Shown: piece by piece, positions 10,001 through 16,985 of the stretch
Numbering within the stretch: the stretch's first letter is position 1
Layout of the letters: every line of letters starts with the position of its first letter
Source of the DNA: an uncultured Aminicenantes bacterium
GTDB taxonomy: Bacteria; Acidobacteriota; Aminicenantia; UBA2199
Assembly (NCBI GenBank): GCA_965195285.1
Contig: CBDAFS010000047.1
Location: 1 to 24,135, forward strand
Length of the DNA: 24,135 nucleotides
Direction of reading: 5' to 3'
Program-made: the position numbers and the translations under genes
Notes under the pieces: generated by a model
Seen by the model: only the letters and a program-made list of their open reading frames with translations
Database searches by the model: none
Told to the model about the DNA's origin: nothing

Positions 10001-10286
10001 TTCCATATTGAGCTTTGCTGGTTTTGATCTCGGCAGTCTGGTGCCTGTGGTTTTCCAGAAAGCCAGGAGACTGGATGACTTTATCATTCAGAAGGATCCG
10101 GATACGGCATATTTCCGGATATTGCCATCCGGAGGGTATAATTTTTATGATTTTTTCCAGGGTTTTATCCAGATCGGATTCAGTATCTCTCAATTGTTCT
10201 TCAATCTGGTATAAACAATTGAGTTCTTTCACCCGTTCTTTATAGCCTGCTATCAGTTTATTCTGATTTTTTTTTTGCCGGGTCAT
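7089..10286 (-). CDS. Multidomain protein: GAF-like N-terminus + PEP-synthase/PPDK-type ATP-grasp + putative phospho-His domain + C-terminal nucleotidyltransferase
   Basis: ATP-grasp motifs LGGK (aa 347-350), VRSSSLLED, FSGKY, PGLG, DIEFA, LLQCRP (Q709); then GPGRWGS and SFGTHFF (H838); pol-beta-type NTase motif G971-S-x10-D983-I-D985 with a later LLDVHLV; N-terminal ERVKELNCLY...PSGWQYPE segment. Confidence 0.85.
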   Translation of the reverse strand: MTRQKKNQNKLIAGYKERVKELNCLYQIEEQLRDTESDLDKTLEKIIKIIPSGWQYPEICRIRILLNDKVIQSPGFLENHRHQTAEIKTSKAQYGKITVSYIQEPGNKKDVYFLKEETKLLNTISDRIAQFIWSKELKQKITQKQDNGLQESMDSKNEWKPIIELLKKSEKNLYINISQKMLYHLCWIGVESAKQLLEKITIDQNFEGEDISEELNRPLKKEALDKVMTISDDIFNIAANHLNKDIIMSSIQKWIAEDRSRFLVRAIDDSRSSLSDIIEALSRYQHLDSEGVKLSPAIDKGLRVSLTRRFFFDQLELINITKKYTEVRDYHDIVQRIISPADSNGKLGGKSAGLFLASKIVEKETQFPELKENIKIPKTWYISTDGIISFLRYNNLENIYEQKYKETDEIHYDYPNIIQIFKNSYFPPEMVKGLSLALDDFGDKPIIVRSSSLLEDRLGSAFSGKYKSLFLANQGTKQQRLDALFDAISEVYASIFAPDPIEYRKERGLLDFQEEMGILLQEVVGKRVGQYFFPTFAGVAFSNNEFRWSTRIQREDGLVRLVPGLGTRAVDRVVNDYPVLISPGNPDYRINLTPDETAHYSPKMLDVINLESNRFESVEIKELLKNVGNDIPGIENMVSILQDNLFTTATSILGIDFDQNNLIVTFEGLLNKTPFIIRMKQLLTVLKEKMNTPVDIEFAHDGTDFYLLQCRPQSFSKEISPAPIPKDIPENEIIFSANRFISNGHVPDITHIVYVNPDTYNDIPDLSELKSIGRTVGRLNKVLPKRQFILMGPGRWGSRGDIKLGVNVTYSDINNTAMLIEIARKKGNYIPDLSFGTHFFQDLVESSIRYLPLYPDDEKVVFNERFFLSSKNILKQILPECSSLEKVIHVIDVPKTNEGMILRVLMNADLEEAIGFLSEPSTGTLIYSSDEKEPAKKLDNDFWLWRIHMVKKIASGLDPERFGVKGLYVFGSTKNATAGPASDIDLLIHFNGSAKQKEALQHWLEGWSLTLAEQNYLKTGYQTDGLLDVHLVTDEDIKNKTSYAAKIGAVTDAAMPLPLKDQQTT

Positions 10287-12040
10287 GTCAATATCACTCC
10301 TTGTTTTTTCCTTCCATCTACCTTTATGGTAAGTGGCGAGCGCAGATGGATATGCCTTACAAATTCTGTCTCATCGACTGTTTGCTGGATTTTCAGCCAG
10401 TTCCAGTCAAATGTCGATGTTTCCGACTGATTTAAAGAGAAATAGAGAATTTTCAGGTTTGAAATATTGTGGAAAAAATGAGATCCCTGGCTTAAATCCA
10501 CATGGATATTTTCCAATTTTGCCTCAACAATGGCCCGGGCACCGGATACTTGCCCCCACTCAACCGGAATCCCCAACCAGGGATCACTGCTTCCCAATCT
10601 GCCGAAAATCATTAAAAGAAATGGCTGGTTGTTCTTAATTAACGACCGGTTCATCTGTTCCAGTTGTTTGGCAATAGCCCGGGAATATTTGAAATCAAAT
10701 TTGTCCGGTTTCACATAAACAATATCCTGGATACTGCTCTGGATTCCATTTCCCAGAACATTGACGGAGTTCAGAATACAATTTTTCCCGTTTATTTCAT
10801 CAGTATGAATGGAAACCATTTCCAGGGAGATATTGATTGGCCTGATCTGCAATAAACCGAAACCGGATAAATTATGTGATCGGGTGGGGAATGTCATGGC
10901 AAATTCAATTTCCACTTTGGCCTTAAAATAGGTTTCACATAATTGAAGTATGTTTTTAATGACTTGATTCAGAGGAATCTGATCGAGTTCCAGAATAGGA
11001 GCAAAATTAATGATCCGGGGGCCTTTGGAGCTGGTGCCGATATTGATGCGGTCTGAGGCCGGATCATAGGTGGAAGCGATATATTTCAAGGTATTATCAT
11101 ATTCCGCATCTCCCAGATGCAAGAGGGTTAAATATTCAATTTCTTTGATGGGATCGTATGCGGGAAGTTTTCCCATATTAACCGCCCAGAATTCATTCTG
11201 TGTTTGCTTCAACTGATCATTGATGGTATTAAACGGGGGGCTGATGTGTGGGTATTCGGGGGAATATGACCAGGCCATACCGCCATCCACGATGGTTTTA
11301 CCAAGACCCAGTGCCAGGCTGACAATCCCATCCTCTGGTTTTGCTTCTCCGATGGGATAGAAATTATAACTGCGGCCAACTCCCGATAGGTTGGGGTAAA
11401 ATCGATTAGCATGTTTTTGGCCCACTACTTTTTGAATGATGACTGCCATTTTCTCCAATTCTAACCGGTTTCCCGTGGATTTCATATAATTCCTGGCATT
11501 TCTAAAAAAAGTGGACGCATAAATGAATTTGATGGCCTCTGCCAGTTTGCGGAACCGGCTGCTGGTATCGGATTGGTTATTGGGGATCATTTTGGTTTGG
11601 TACACACCGGCAAAAGGTGAATCGAGACTGTCTTCCAGCAAGCTGGATGAGCGGATGGCCAGTGGTGTATTGGTTTTGCTGATCAGTGATCTGAGATCTC
11701 CATTTAGCAGTGGGGGTAATTCGGATTTTTGAAAATGATGGGCTAATTTTTCATCGCTCATTTCGAGGCCAACAATATCGTACAAATGATTCATCTCCAT
11801 AAATTGGTCAAAAAAAGAAGTGGTAATGATTGTCAGGGGAGGAATTCCAATTTCAACTTCATCAACCGGGTGTCCGGAGGTGAAAGATCCAAGATAATTC
11901 TTGATTTTAGCCAGACCATGGGCTTTACCTCCTAACTCTCCATTTCCCATATAACAAAAATGGTTAACGGATTCAGATGCATTTCTTTGGAATGAGGTGA
12001 TACCTGTCTGTTGCGATAAATTCTTTTTTCTTGCCATCAC
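10283..12040 (-). CDS. PEP-synthase/PPDK-type ATP-grasp domain protein without a pyruvate-binding barrel
   Basis: LGGK (aa 36-39), IRSSSLLED, FAGVY, ALGLG, EIEFA, LLQIRP (Q398), then FGRLGS and SQGSHFF (H521). Start GTG 12040 or ATG 12037. ATGA overlap with the 1065-aa gene. Confidence 0.85.
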   Translation of the reverse strand: MMARKKNLSQQTGITSFQRNASESVNHFCYMGNGELGGKAHGLAKIKNYLGSFTSGHPVDEVEIGIPPLTIITTSFFDQFMEMNHLYDIVGLEMSDEKLAHHFQKSELPPLLNGDLRSLISKTNTPLAIRSSSLLEDSLDSPFAGVYQTKMIPNNQSDTSSRFRKLAEAIKFIYASTFFRNARNYMKSTGNRLELEKMAVIIQKVVGQKHANRFYPNLSGVGRSYNFYPIGEAKPEDGIVSLALGLGKTIVDGGMAWSYSPEYPHISPPFNTINDQLKQTQNEFWAVNMGKLPAYDPIKEIEYLTLLHLGDAEYDNTLKYIASTYDPASDRINIGTSSKGPRIINFAPILELDQIPLNQVIKNILQLCETYFKAKVEIEFAMTFPTRSHNLSGFGLLQIRPINISLEMVSIHTDEINGKNCILNSVNVLGNGIQSSIQDIVYVKPDKFDFKYSRAIAKQLEQMNRSLIKNNQPFLLMIFGRLGSSDPWLGIPVEWGQVSGARAIVEAKLENIHVDLSQGSHFFHNISNLKILYFSLNQSETSTFDWNWLKIQQTVDETEFVRHIHLRSPLTIKVDGRKKQGVILT

Positions 12041-12053
12041 GTCTTTTTAGCTT

Positions 12054-12062
12054 ATTTTACCA
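12054..12062 (-). promoter_or_regulatory. Possible extended -10 promoter for the dikinase-like gene pair
   Basis: TGgTAAAAT on the minus strand, 13 nt upstream of GTG 12040. No clear -35 box or SD. Confidence 0.35.
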
Positions 12063-12141
12063 TAAAGTTTAAAAAGATATGGTTCATCACAGGTGAGGGT
12101 GATAAATTCAATAAGAAACAGAGGTTTTATTCAGAATGATA

Positions 12142-13422
12142 TTAGACCCAGCCCCGGCTCTTACAGGCTGAAGCGACCCGGTCAATGGCAATTACGTAGG
12201 CGGCGTCTCGCATGTACAACTTTTTTTTCTCGGCCAGTTCGTGTACGGAAATAAATGCTGCGGTCATTTTGTTATCCAACCTGCCTAAAACATCATCTTT
12301 TTCCCAATAATAATTCATATTGCTCTGAACCTGTTCAAAATAACTGCAGGTAACACCCCCGGCATTGGCTAAAAAATCAGGTATCATAAATATCCCCCGT
12401 TCCTGAATAACCTTATCTGCTTCTATTGTTGTGGGGCCATTGGCTCCTTCTGCAATTATTTTGACTCCGGGTTTCACCTTTTGAATACTCTCCTGATTGA
12501 TTCCGTTCTCCAGTGCTGCCGGGATCAATATATCCACATCCTGTTCAATCCAGGCTTCTCCGGATAGAACCTCATAACCGAGGCTCTGGGCCTTGGATTT
12601 TTCGATACCACCAAAACTGTCTGTAATCGGTTGAAGTTCCTCCAGTCTGACGCCTTCCATTTTTTTGTAAGTATAAGCCTGATTATCCTTTTGGTCCCAG
12701 CAGGAAACCGCAATGACCTTGCCACCGATTTGGGAATATAATTGAATGGCGTACTGGGCCACATTTCCGAATCCCTGAACACTGGCTGTGGTGTCTTCCG
12801 GTCTGATATCCAAATCCTTCAGTGCCTCTCGAATCACAAAGACAACACCATAACCGGTGGCTTCGGTCCTTCCGAGCGAACCGCCCATTCCAATGGGTTT
12901 GCCGGTAATAAAACCGGGATATTTGGCACCGTGAATGGTTTCATATTCATCTAACATCCAGAGCATGTGCTGGGCACTGGTCATGACATCCGGAGCCGGC
13001 ACATCGGAAAACGGACCCACATTCTTGGCCATTTGGCGCACCCACCCGCGGCACAGTCGCTCCTGTTCTCTGGGGGTGAGGTTATGCGGATCACAGATTA
13101 CACCGCCCTTTCCTCCTCCGAGCGGAATATCCACCACCGCACATTTCCAGGTCATCCACATGGCTAAAGCCCGGACCGTATCAATGGTTTCCTGAGGATG
13201 AAAACGAATGCCACCTTTACCGGGTCCCCGGGCATCGTTATGCAAGACCCTGAAACCTCGAAACACATCAACCTCTCCGTTATCCATCGCAACCGGAATA
13301 TTAAAATGAAATTCCCGGGTTGTATTTCTGAGTAATTTCCGGGTGGCGGGTTCCAGGTTTAACATTTCAGCAACTTTGTCAAACTGGGCCTGAGCGGTTT
13401 CAAATGGATTGTATTGCGGCAT
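12142..13422 (-). CDS. gdhA: Glutamate dehydrogenase (Glu/Leu/Phe/Val dehydrogenase family)
   Basis: GPGKGGIRFHP, MTWK, GGGKGG, DVPAPD, GKP..GGS.GR..ATG, Rossmann VQGFGNVA, EGANGP, PD..ANAGGVTCSYFE. SD AGGAGG (13435-13430) is 7 nt upstream of the ATG. Confidence 0.95.
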   Translation of the reverse strand: MPQYNPFETAQAQFDKVAEMLNLEPATRKLLRNTTREFHFNIPVAMDNGEVDVFRGFRVLHNDARGPGKGGIRFHPQETIDTVRALAMWMTWKCAVVDIPLGGGKGGVICDPHNLTPREQERLCRGWVRQMAKNVGPFSDVPAPDVMTSAQHMLWMLDEYETIHGAKYPGFITGKPIGMGGSLGRTEATGYGVVFVIREALKDLDIRPEDTTASVQGFGNVAQYAIQLYSQIGGKVIAVSCWDQKDNQAYTYKKMEGVRLEELQPITDSFGGIEKSKAQSLGYEVLSGEAWIEQDVDILIPAALENGINQESIQKVKPGVKIIAEGANGPTTIEADKVIQERGIFMIPDFLANAGGVTCSYFEQVQSNMNYYWEKDDVLGRLDNKMTAAFISVHELAEKKKLYMRDAAYVIAIDRVASACKSRGWV

Positions 13423-13459
13423 TTTGTTCCCTCCTGTTTGCCTGTTTTTTGTAAGTCAA

Positions 13460-13488
13460 ATTATAACGTAAACCCGGAAGTAAGGCAA
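13460..13488 (-). promoter_or_regulatory. Sigma70-type promoter of gdh
   Basis: TTGCCT (13488-13483), 17 nt, TATAAT (13465-13460). Confidence 0.7.
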
Positions 13489-13510
13489 TACAAAAAGTTT
13501 ATTTTGTGGA

Positions 13511-13834
13511 CTATACCGTGGCTTTGGGAATTTTACGCTTCAGACTGTGAAGCTGTCGCCTGACCCTTTTCAGTTGAACATGATCATGATCCGCCAGTGC
13601 CTGTTCCCGTTTCTTCTTTAGCACCCTGATCTTCTTTTTAATCGAGGGCTTGTCAACACCGGCCACTTCATGATGCTGATGGAGTTCAATATTAAGGGCC
13701 TTGCATAAGGCAGTTAAAAGATGTTCTTTATTCAGCCGGGTGTATCCCTTGACTGCTTCGTGATCGGTCTCCTTGGCAATTCCCCGCAGTTCGGCTACGG
13801 TTTTTTTCTTGAGTTCTTCATAGGTATGGGCCAT
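13511..13834 (-). CDS. Small basic protein with a Rho N-terminal-like helical domain and a coiled-coil tail
   Basis: ELKKKTVAELRGIAK...GYTRLNKEHLL matches the Rho_N pattern; His-rich linker; Lys/Arg-rich C-terminal helices; AAGGAG SD upstream. Confidence 0.7.
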   Translation of the reverse strand: MAHTYEELKKKTVAELRGIAKETDHEAVKGYTRLNKEHLLTALCKALNIELHQHHEVAGVDKPSIKKKIRVLKKKREQALADHDHVQLKRVRRQLHSLKRKIPKATV

Positions 13835-13871
13835 GGTTCATTTCTCCTTTTTTCCAATCAAATAAAATTTA

Positions 13872-13901
13872 ATTCTAATATATTCGGGGGAATATTGTCA
13901 A
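13872..13901 (-). promoter_or_regulatory. Sigma70-type promoter with a palindromic spacer
   Basis: TTGACA (13901-13896), 18 nt, TAGAAT (13877-13872). The spacer contains ATATTC-N4-GAATAT (13880-13895). Confidence 0.55.
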
Positions 13902-13922
13902 CACCGGTGTGAGGTCTGTAAA

Positions 13923-16900
13923 TCAGAGGTTACCGGCTCTTGTCCGGTTGAAGATAAAACCTTGCAGCTTGTAAAACAGGTAGTAGAAAATGGGGAGCAC
14001 GAATAAAATGAAAAAGGCAGAGGTGGTGAGCCCGCCAACCGTACACAATGCCAGTGATGACCAGATATCGGAAGCATCGGCTTTTTTTAAAATAATCAGG
14101 GGAAGCATTCCCAGGACCGTGGTGGCTGAGGTCATGAAAATAGGCCTGATTCTTTCCTTGGCCCCGATGGAGATCGATTCAATGATATTCTTGGTCTCCC
14201 GGAGGTGGCGGTTGATGTTATCGATCAATAGAATGGAATTGTTCACCACAATACCGGCTAGCAGGATACAGCCGATATAGGCAGTGGAATCAAACGAGTA
14301 ATCCATAATGACAAAAGCGTAAAAAACCCCGATGAGGGCCAGGGGAATGGAAATCATAATGAGGATGGGCTGGAAGAAATTTTCATAGAGTATTCCCAGC
14401 AACAGGTATATCAAAACAGCTGATAACAGTATGGCACTCCAGAGCTGACTCACTTCTTCCTCGGTGATTCGAAATTTCCTCTCTTCCAGGCTTTTTTTGA
14501 AGCCTACCGGAACTTTCAGGTTGTTGAAAATGGTTTTGTGATATCGGTCACCGGCCTTTGATGATCCCAGGTAATCCCATCTGAGCATGGAAACATATTC
14601 CTGGTTCTCCCGGGTAATACCTCCTTTTTGAGTGGATAGTTCGATATCCACCAGATCCTTGATTCGAAAGGGAATGCCGGCCTGGGTCTCCAGATTCATG
14701 GTTAGGATATCATCCAGTTCCAGGTCCTCCACATCCATGGATTTTATTTCCAGGGAGAGTTCCTTGTCGTCGAATTTCAGTTTCTGGGTTCCGGAACGTT
14801 CCATGAGTACAGAGGAAATCAGGTAAAAAAGATAGCGGGGAGACATCTGATAGGATCTGAGTTTTTCCCGGTCCAGCTTAAAGGCAAAATACTTCTCCTT
14901 CCCCCCCCACCAGAAATCCATATCGGTTTGGATATCCACATCCTTTATCCGCCTGTGGTGAAGCATACTCCGTTTCACATCATTGGAATAATCCATTAAC
15001 TTTTCGAAATGATATCCCTTTACCTGAATATTGTAGGGGAGGAAAGATCCGGTATCCGGATTGTAATAATAGGGTTCGGGGTCAAAGCCGCCCACATACA
15101 CCCCGATTCCGGCCAGGTTAGTGGCCAGCCCGACCAGCTCCTGTTTGAGTTGAAGGGGAAAAGCGGAAAACTCTATCTCTTCGGGAAAGGTGATGACCAT
15201 ACGAGCACCACGGTAGTAGCCGCTGTATATCTGGGTGGTGATTTCCTTTTCATAGGGTTTGGCAAGGGCCAGGTCCTCGAATTTTTTTATGGCTTTTTTC
15301 ACATCATTGAATTCGGCTCCGGATGGAAACCGCAGGCTGACTTCGATTTTCTCTTTTGAATACCAGGAAAAGAAACGTCCGAACGATACCTCTTTTTTAA
15401 AGACTGAATAGGAAAAAAACATCAGACAGAAAACCGGGATGAGCACCACCAGCGGGTATTTCAGAATAAAAGGGAAAAATTTTCCCCTTCTGAAAAACAA
15501 ATTTTTGGCTTTGACCTTCAGGGTGATTCGGGCCCCCAGCGAGGGGATAAGCAAAAAGGAAACAATGATTGAAGAGATCAGGGAAATGGTAATCACATAG
15601 GCCAGGGGTAGATAGTATAGCTTCAGGCGGCCCTGAAACAGGGCAAAAGAGAAGAAAACAATTATCGTGGTCAGGGTTGATGAGAGAACCGGAAGAATGA
15701 CTGCTTTTGCCCCCTGAATGGCAGATTCCTTCTTGTCCAATCCCTTTTCCCGGTGTCTCAGGATGCTGTCAAATACCACCACGGCATTGTCGACGAAAAG
15801 TCCGAAACCCAGGGCCAGTCCGGACAAGGTTAGCAGATTCAGGGGGATTTTCAGAAGATAAATGACGGTAAAAGTGGTGAATACTGAAAAGAAAACCGAA
15901 GAAAAAATCAGAATGGAGGCTTTTATATCTTTTATGATGATCATTAATATAATAAAAATAATAATTAGAATGAGAAAAGCGATCTTCAGCAGCCGGACCA
16001 GCCTGTCTTTCAGCTCTTTGCTTTCATCGTGCTGGATGATGAATTCGATTTTCCCCCCCAGCTTATTGGTCAGGTATTGAAGCTTTTCCCGGATCTTCTC
16101 GGAAAGTTTCAGTGAACTGTAATTGGGTTCTTTATAGATGATGAATCCGATGACCGGCATTCCCATGAATCTCATCTCATAGCGTAATTCCTCGTAACCC
16201 AGATACACATCGGCGATCTCTTTTAGCCGCATCTGTTTGGCACCGAAATTTTTAACCACAATATTTTGAATATCCTGAATTTTCTGCGGGGATTCTGATA
16301 ATGAAAGGGTGATCTCGGAACCGGTTTTTTTCAAGGTTGCCGATTGAACAGTATAGAAACATTCATTTATTTTTTGCTGGATTTCAAACAGGCTGATTCC
16401 GAATCTTTTGAGTTTGTCCAGGTTGGTTTGAATTTTGATCTGTGGTTCAACTCCTCCCCAGATCATCACCGATTCGATCCCGGATATTGAATTCAGGTAA
16501 GGATAGATTTCCTTGTCGGCAATTCTTCTCAAGGCATAGATAGAATGCTTGCCATAAACACCCACCTTGAAGAAGGGCTCTTTTTTAAATTCCTCGGGGA
16601 TATTCTTTTGAATCTCAGGTTTCTGCACCTGGGAGGGAAGCTCTTTCTGAAGCCGGTTCAATCTTTCCCGCAGAATAACCTCGGCAAAATTCATTTTGGT
16701 TTTCCGGGTAAATTCAACCTTGATGGTTCCCCGGTTCTGGGTGGAACGGCTTTTCAGTTTTTCGACGCCCTTGATCTGCATGATTTCTTCTTCGGCCGGT
16801 ATTAAAATCTTTTTTAAAATATTATCCGGGGATGCGCCCCACCAGTTGTAGATGATTTCCAGGGTGGGGAGGTCCTCTTCCGGGACCAATTCAATGGGGG

Positions 16901-16985
16901 TGTTTTTGAGTGAATACACACCCAGGAGTATGACAATAATGAAAAAAATGACGGCCATTACCGGTCTTTCAATAATTTTTTTCAT
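13923..16985 (-). CDS. RND efflux transporter permease subunit (AcrB/SwrC/MdtC-like)
   Basis: 1020 aa; TM4 GLALGFGLFVDNAVVV, SSTLTT, TM10 GIVVNNSILL, RIRPIFMTSATT, GGLTTS; two large extracytoplasmic loops. Confidence 0.93.
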   Translation of the reverse strand: MKKIIERPVMAVIFFIIVILLGVYSLKNTPIELVPEEDLPTLEIIYNWWGASPDNILKKILIPAEEEIMQIKGVEKLKSRSTQNRGTIKVEFTRKTKMNFAEVILRERLNRLQKELPSQVQKPEIQKNIPEEFKKEPFFKVGVYGKHSIYALRRIADKEIYPYLNSISGIESVMIWGGVEPQIKIQTNLDKLKRFGISLFEIQQKINECFYTVQSATLKKTGSEITLSLSESPQKIQDIQNIVVKNFGAKQMRLKEIADVYLGYEELRYEMRFMGMPVIGFIIYKEPNYSSLKLSEKIREKLQYLTNKLGGKIEFIIQHDESKELKDRLVRLLKIAFLILIIIFIILMIIIKDIKASILIFSSVFFSVFTTFTVIYLLKIPLNLLTLSGLALGFGLFVDNAVVVFDSILRHREKGLDKKESAIQGAKAVILPVLSSTLTTIIVFFSFALFQGRLKLYYLPLAYVITISLISSIIVSFLLIPSLGARITLKVKAKNLFFRRGKFFPFILKYPLVVLIPVFCLMFFSYSVFKKEVSFGRFFSWYSKEKIEVSLRFPSGAEFNDVKKAIKKFEDLALAKPYEKEITTQIYSGYYRGARMVITFPEEIEFSAFPLQLKQELVGLATNLAGIGVYVGGFDPEPYYYNPDTGSFLPYNIQVKGYHFEKLMDYSNDVKRSMLHHRRIKDVDIQTDMDFWWGGKEKYFAFKLDREKLRSYQMSPRYLFYLISSVLMERSGTQKLKFDDKELSLEIKSMDVEDLELDDILTMNLETQAGIPFRIKDLVDIELSTQKGGITRENQEYVSMLRWDYLGSSKAGDRYHKTIFNNLKVPVGFKKSLEERKFRITEEEVSQLWSAILLSAVLIYLLLGILYENFFQPILIMISIPLALIGVFYAFVIMDYSFDSTAYIGCILLAGIVVNNSILLIDNINRHLRETKNIIESISIGAKERIRPIFMTSATTVLGMLPLIILKKADASDIWSSLALCTVGGLTTSAFFILFVLPIFYYLFYKLQGFIFNRTRAGNL

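Noticed and set aside
7089-12040. Naming the two ATP-grasp genes ppsA or ppdK
   Set aside because: Neither has the C-terminal pyruvate/PEP-binding barrel or the canonical TSHAA motif, so the symbols would overstate function.
14901-14908. G8 run in the RND coding strand as a phase-variation site
   Set aside because: It is short, in frame, mid-gene, and explained by Trp-Gly-Gly codons.
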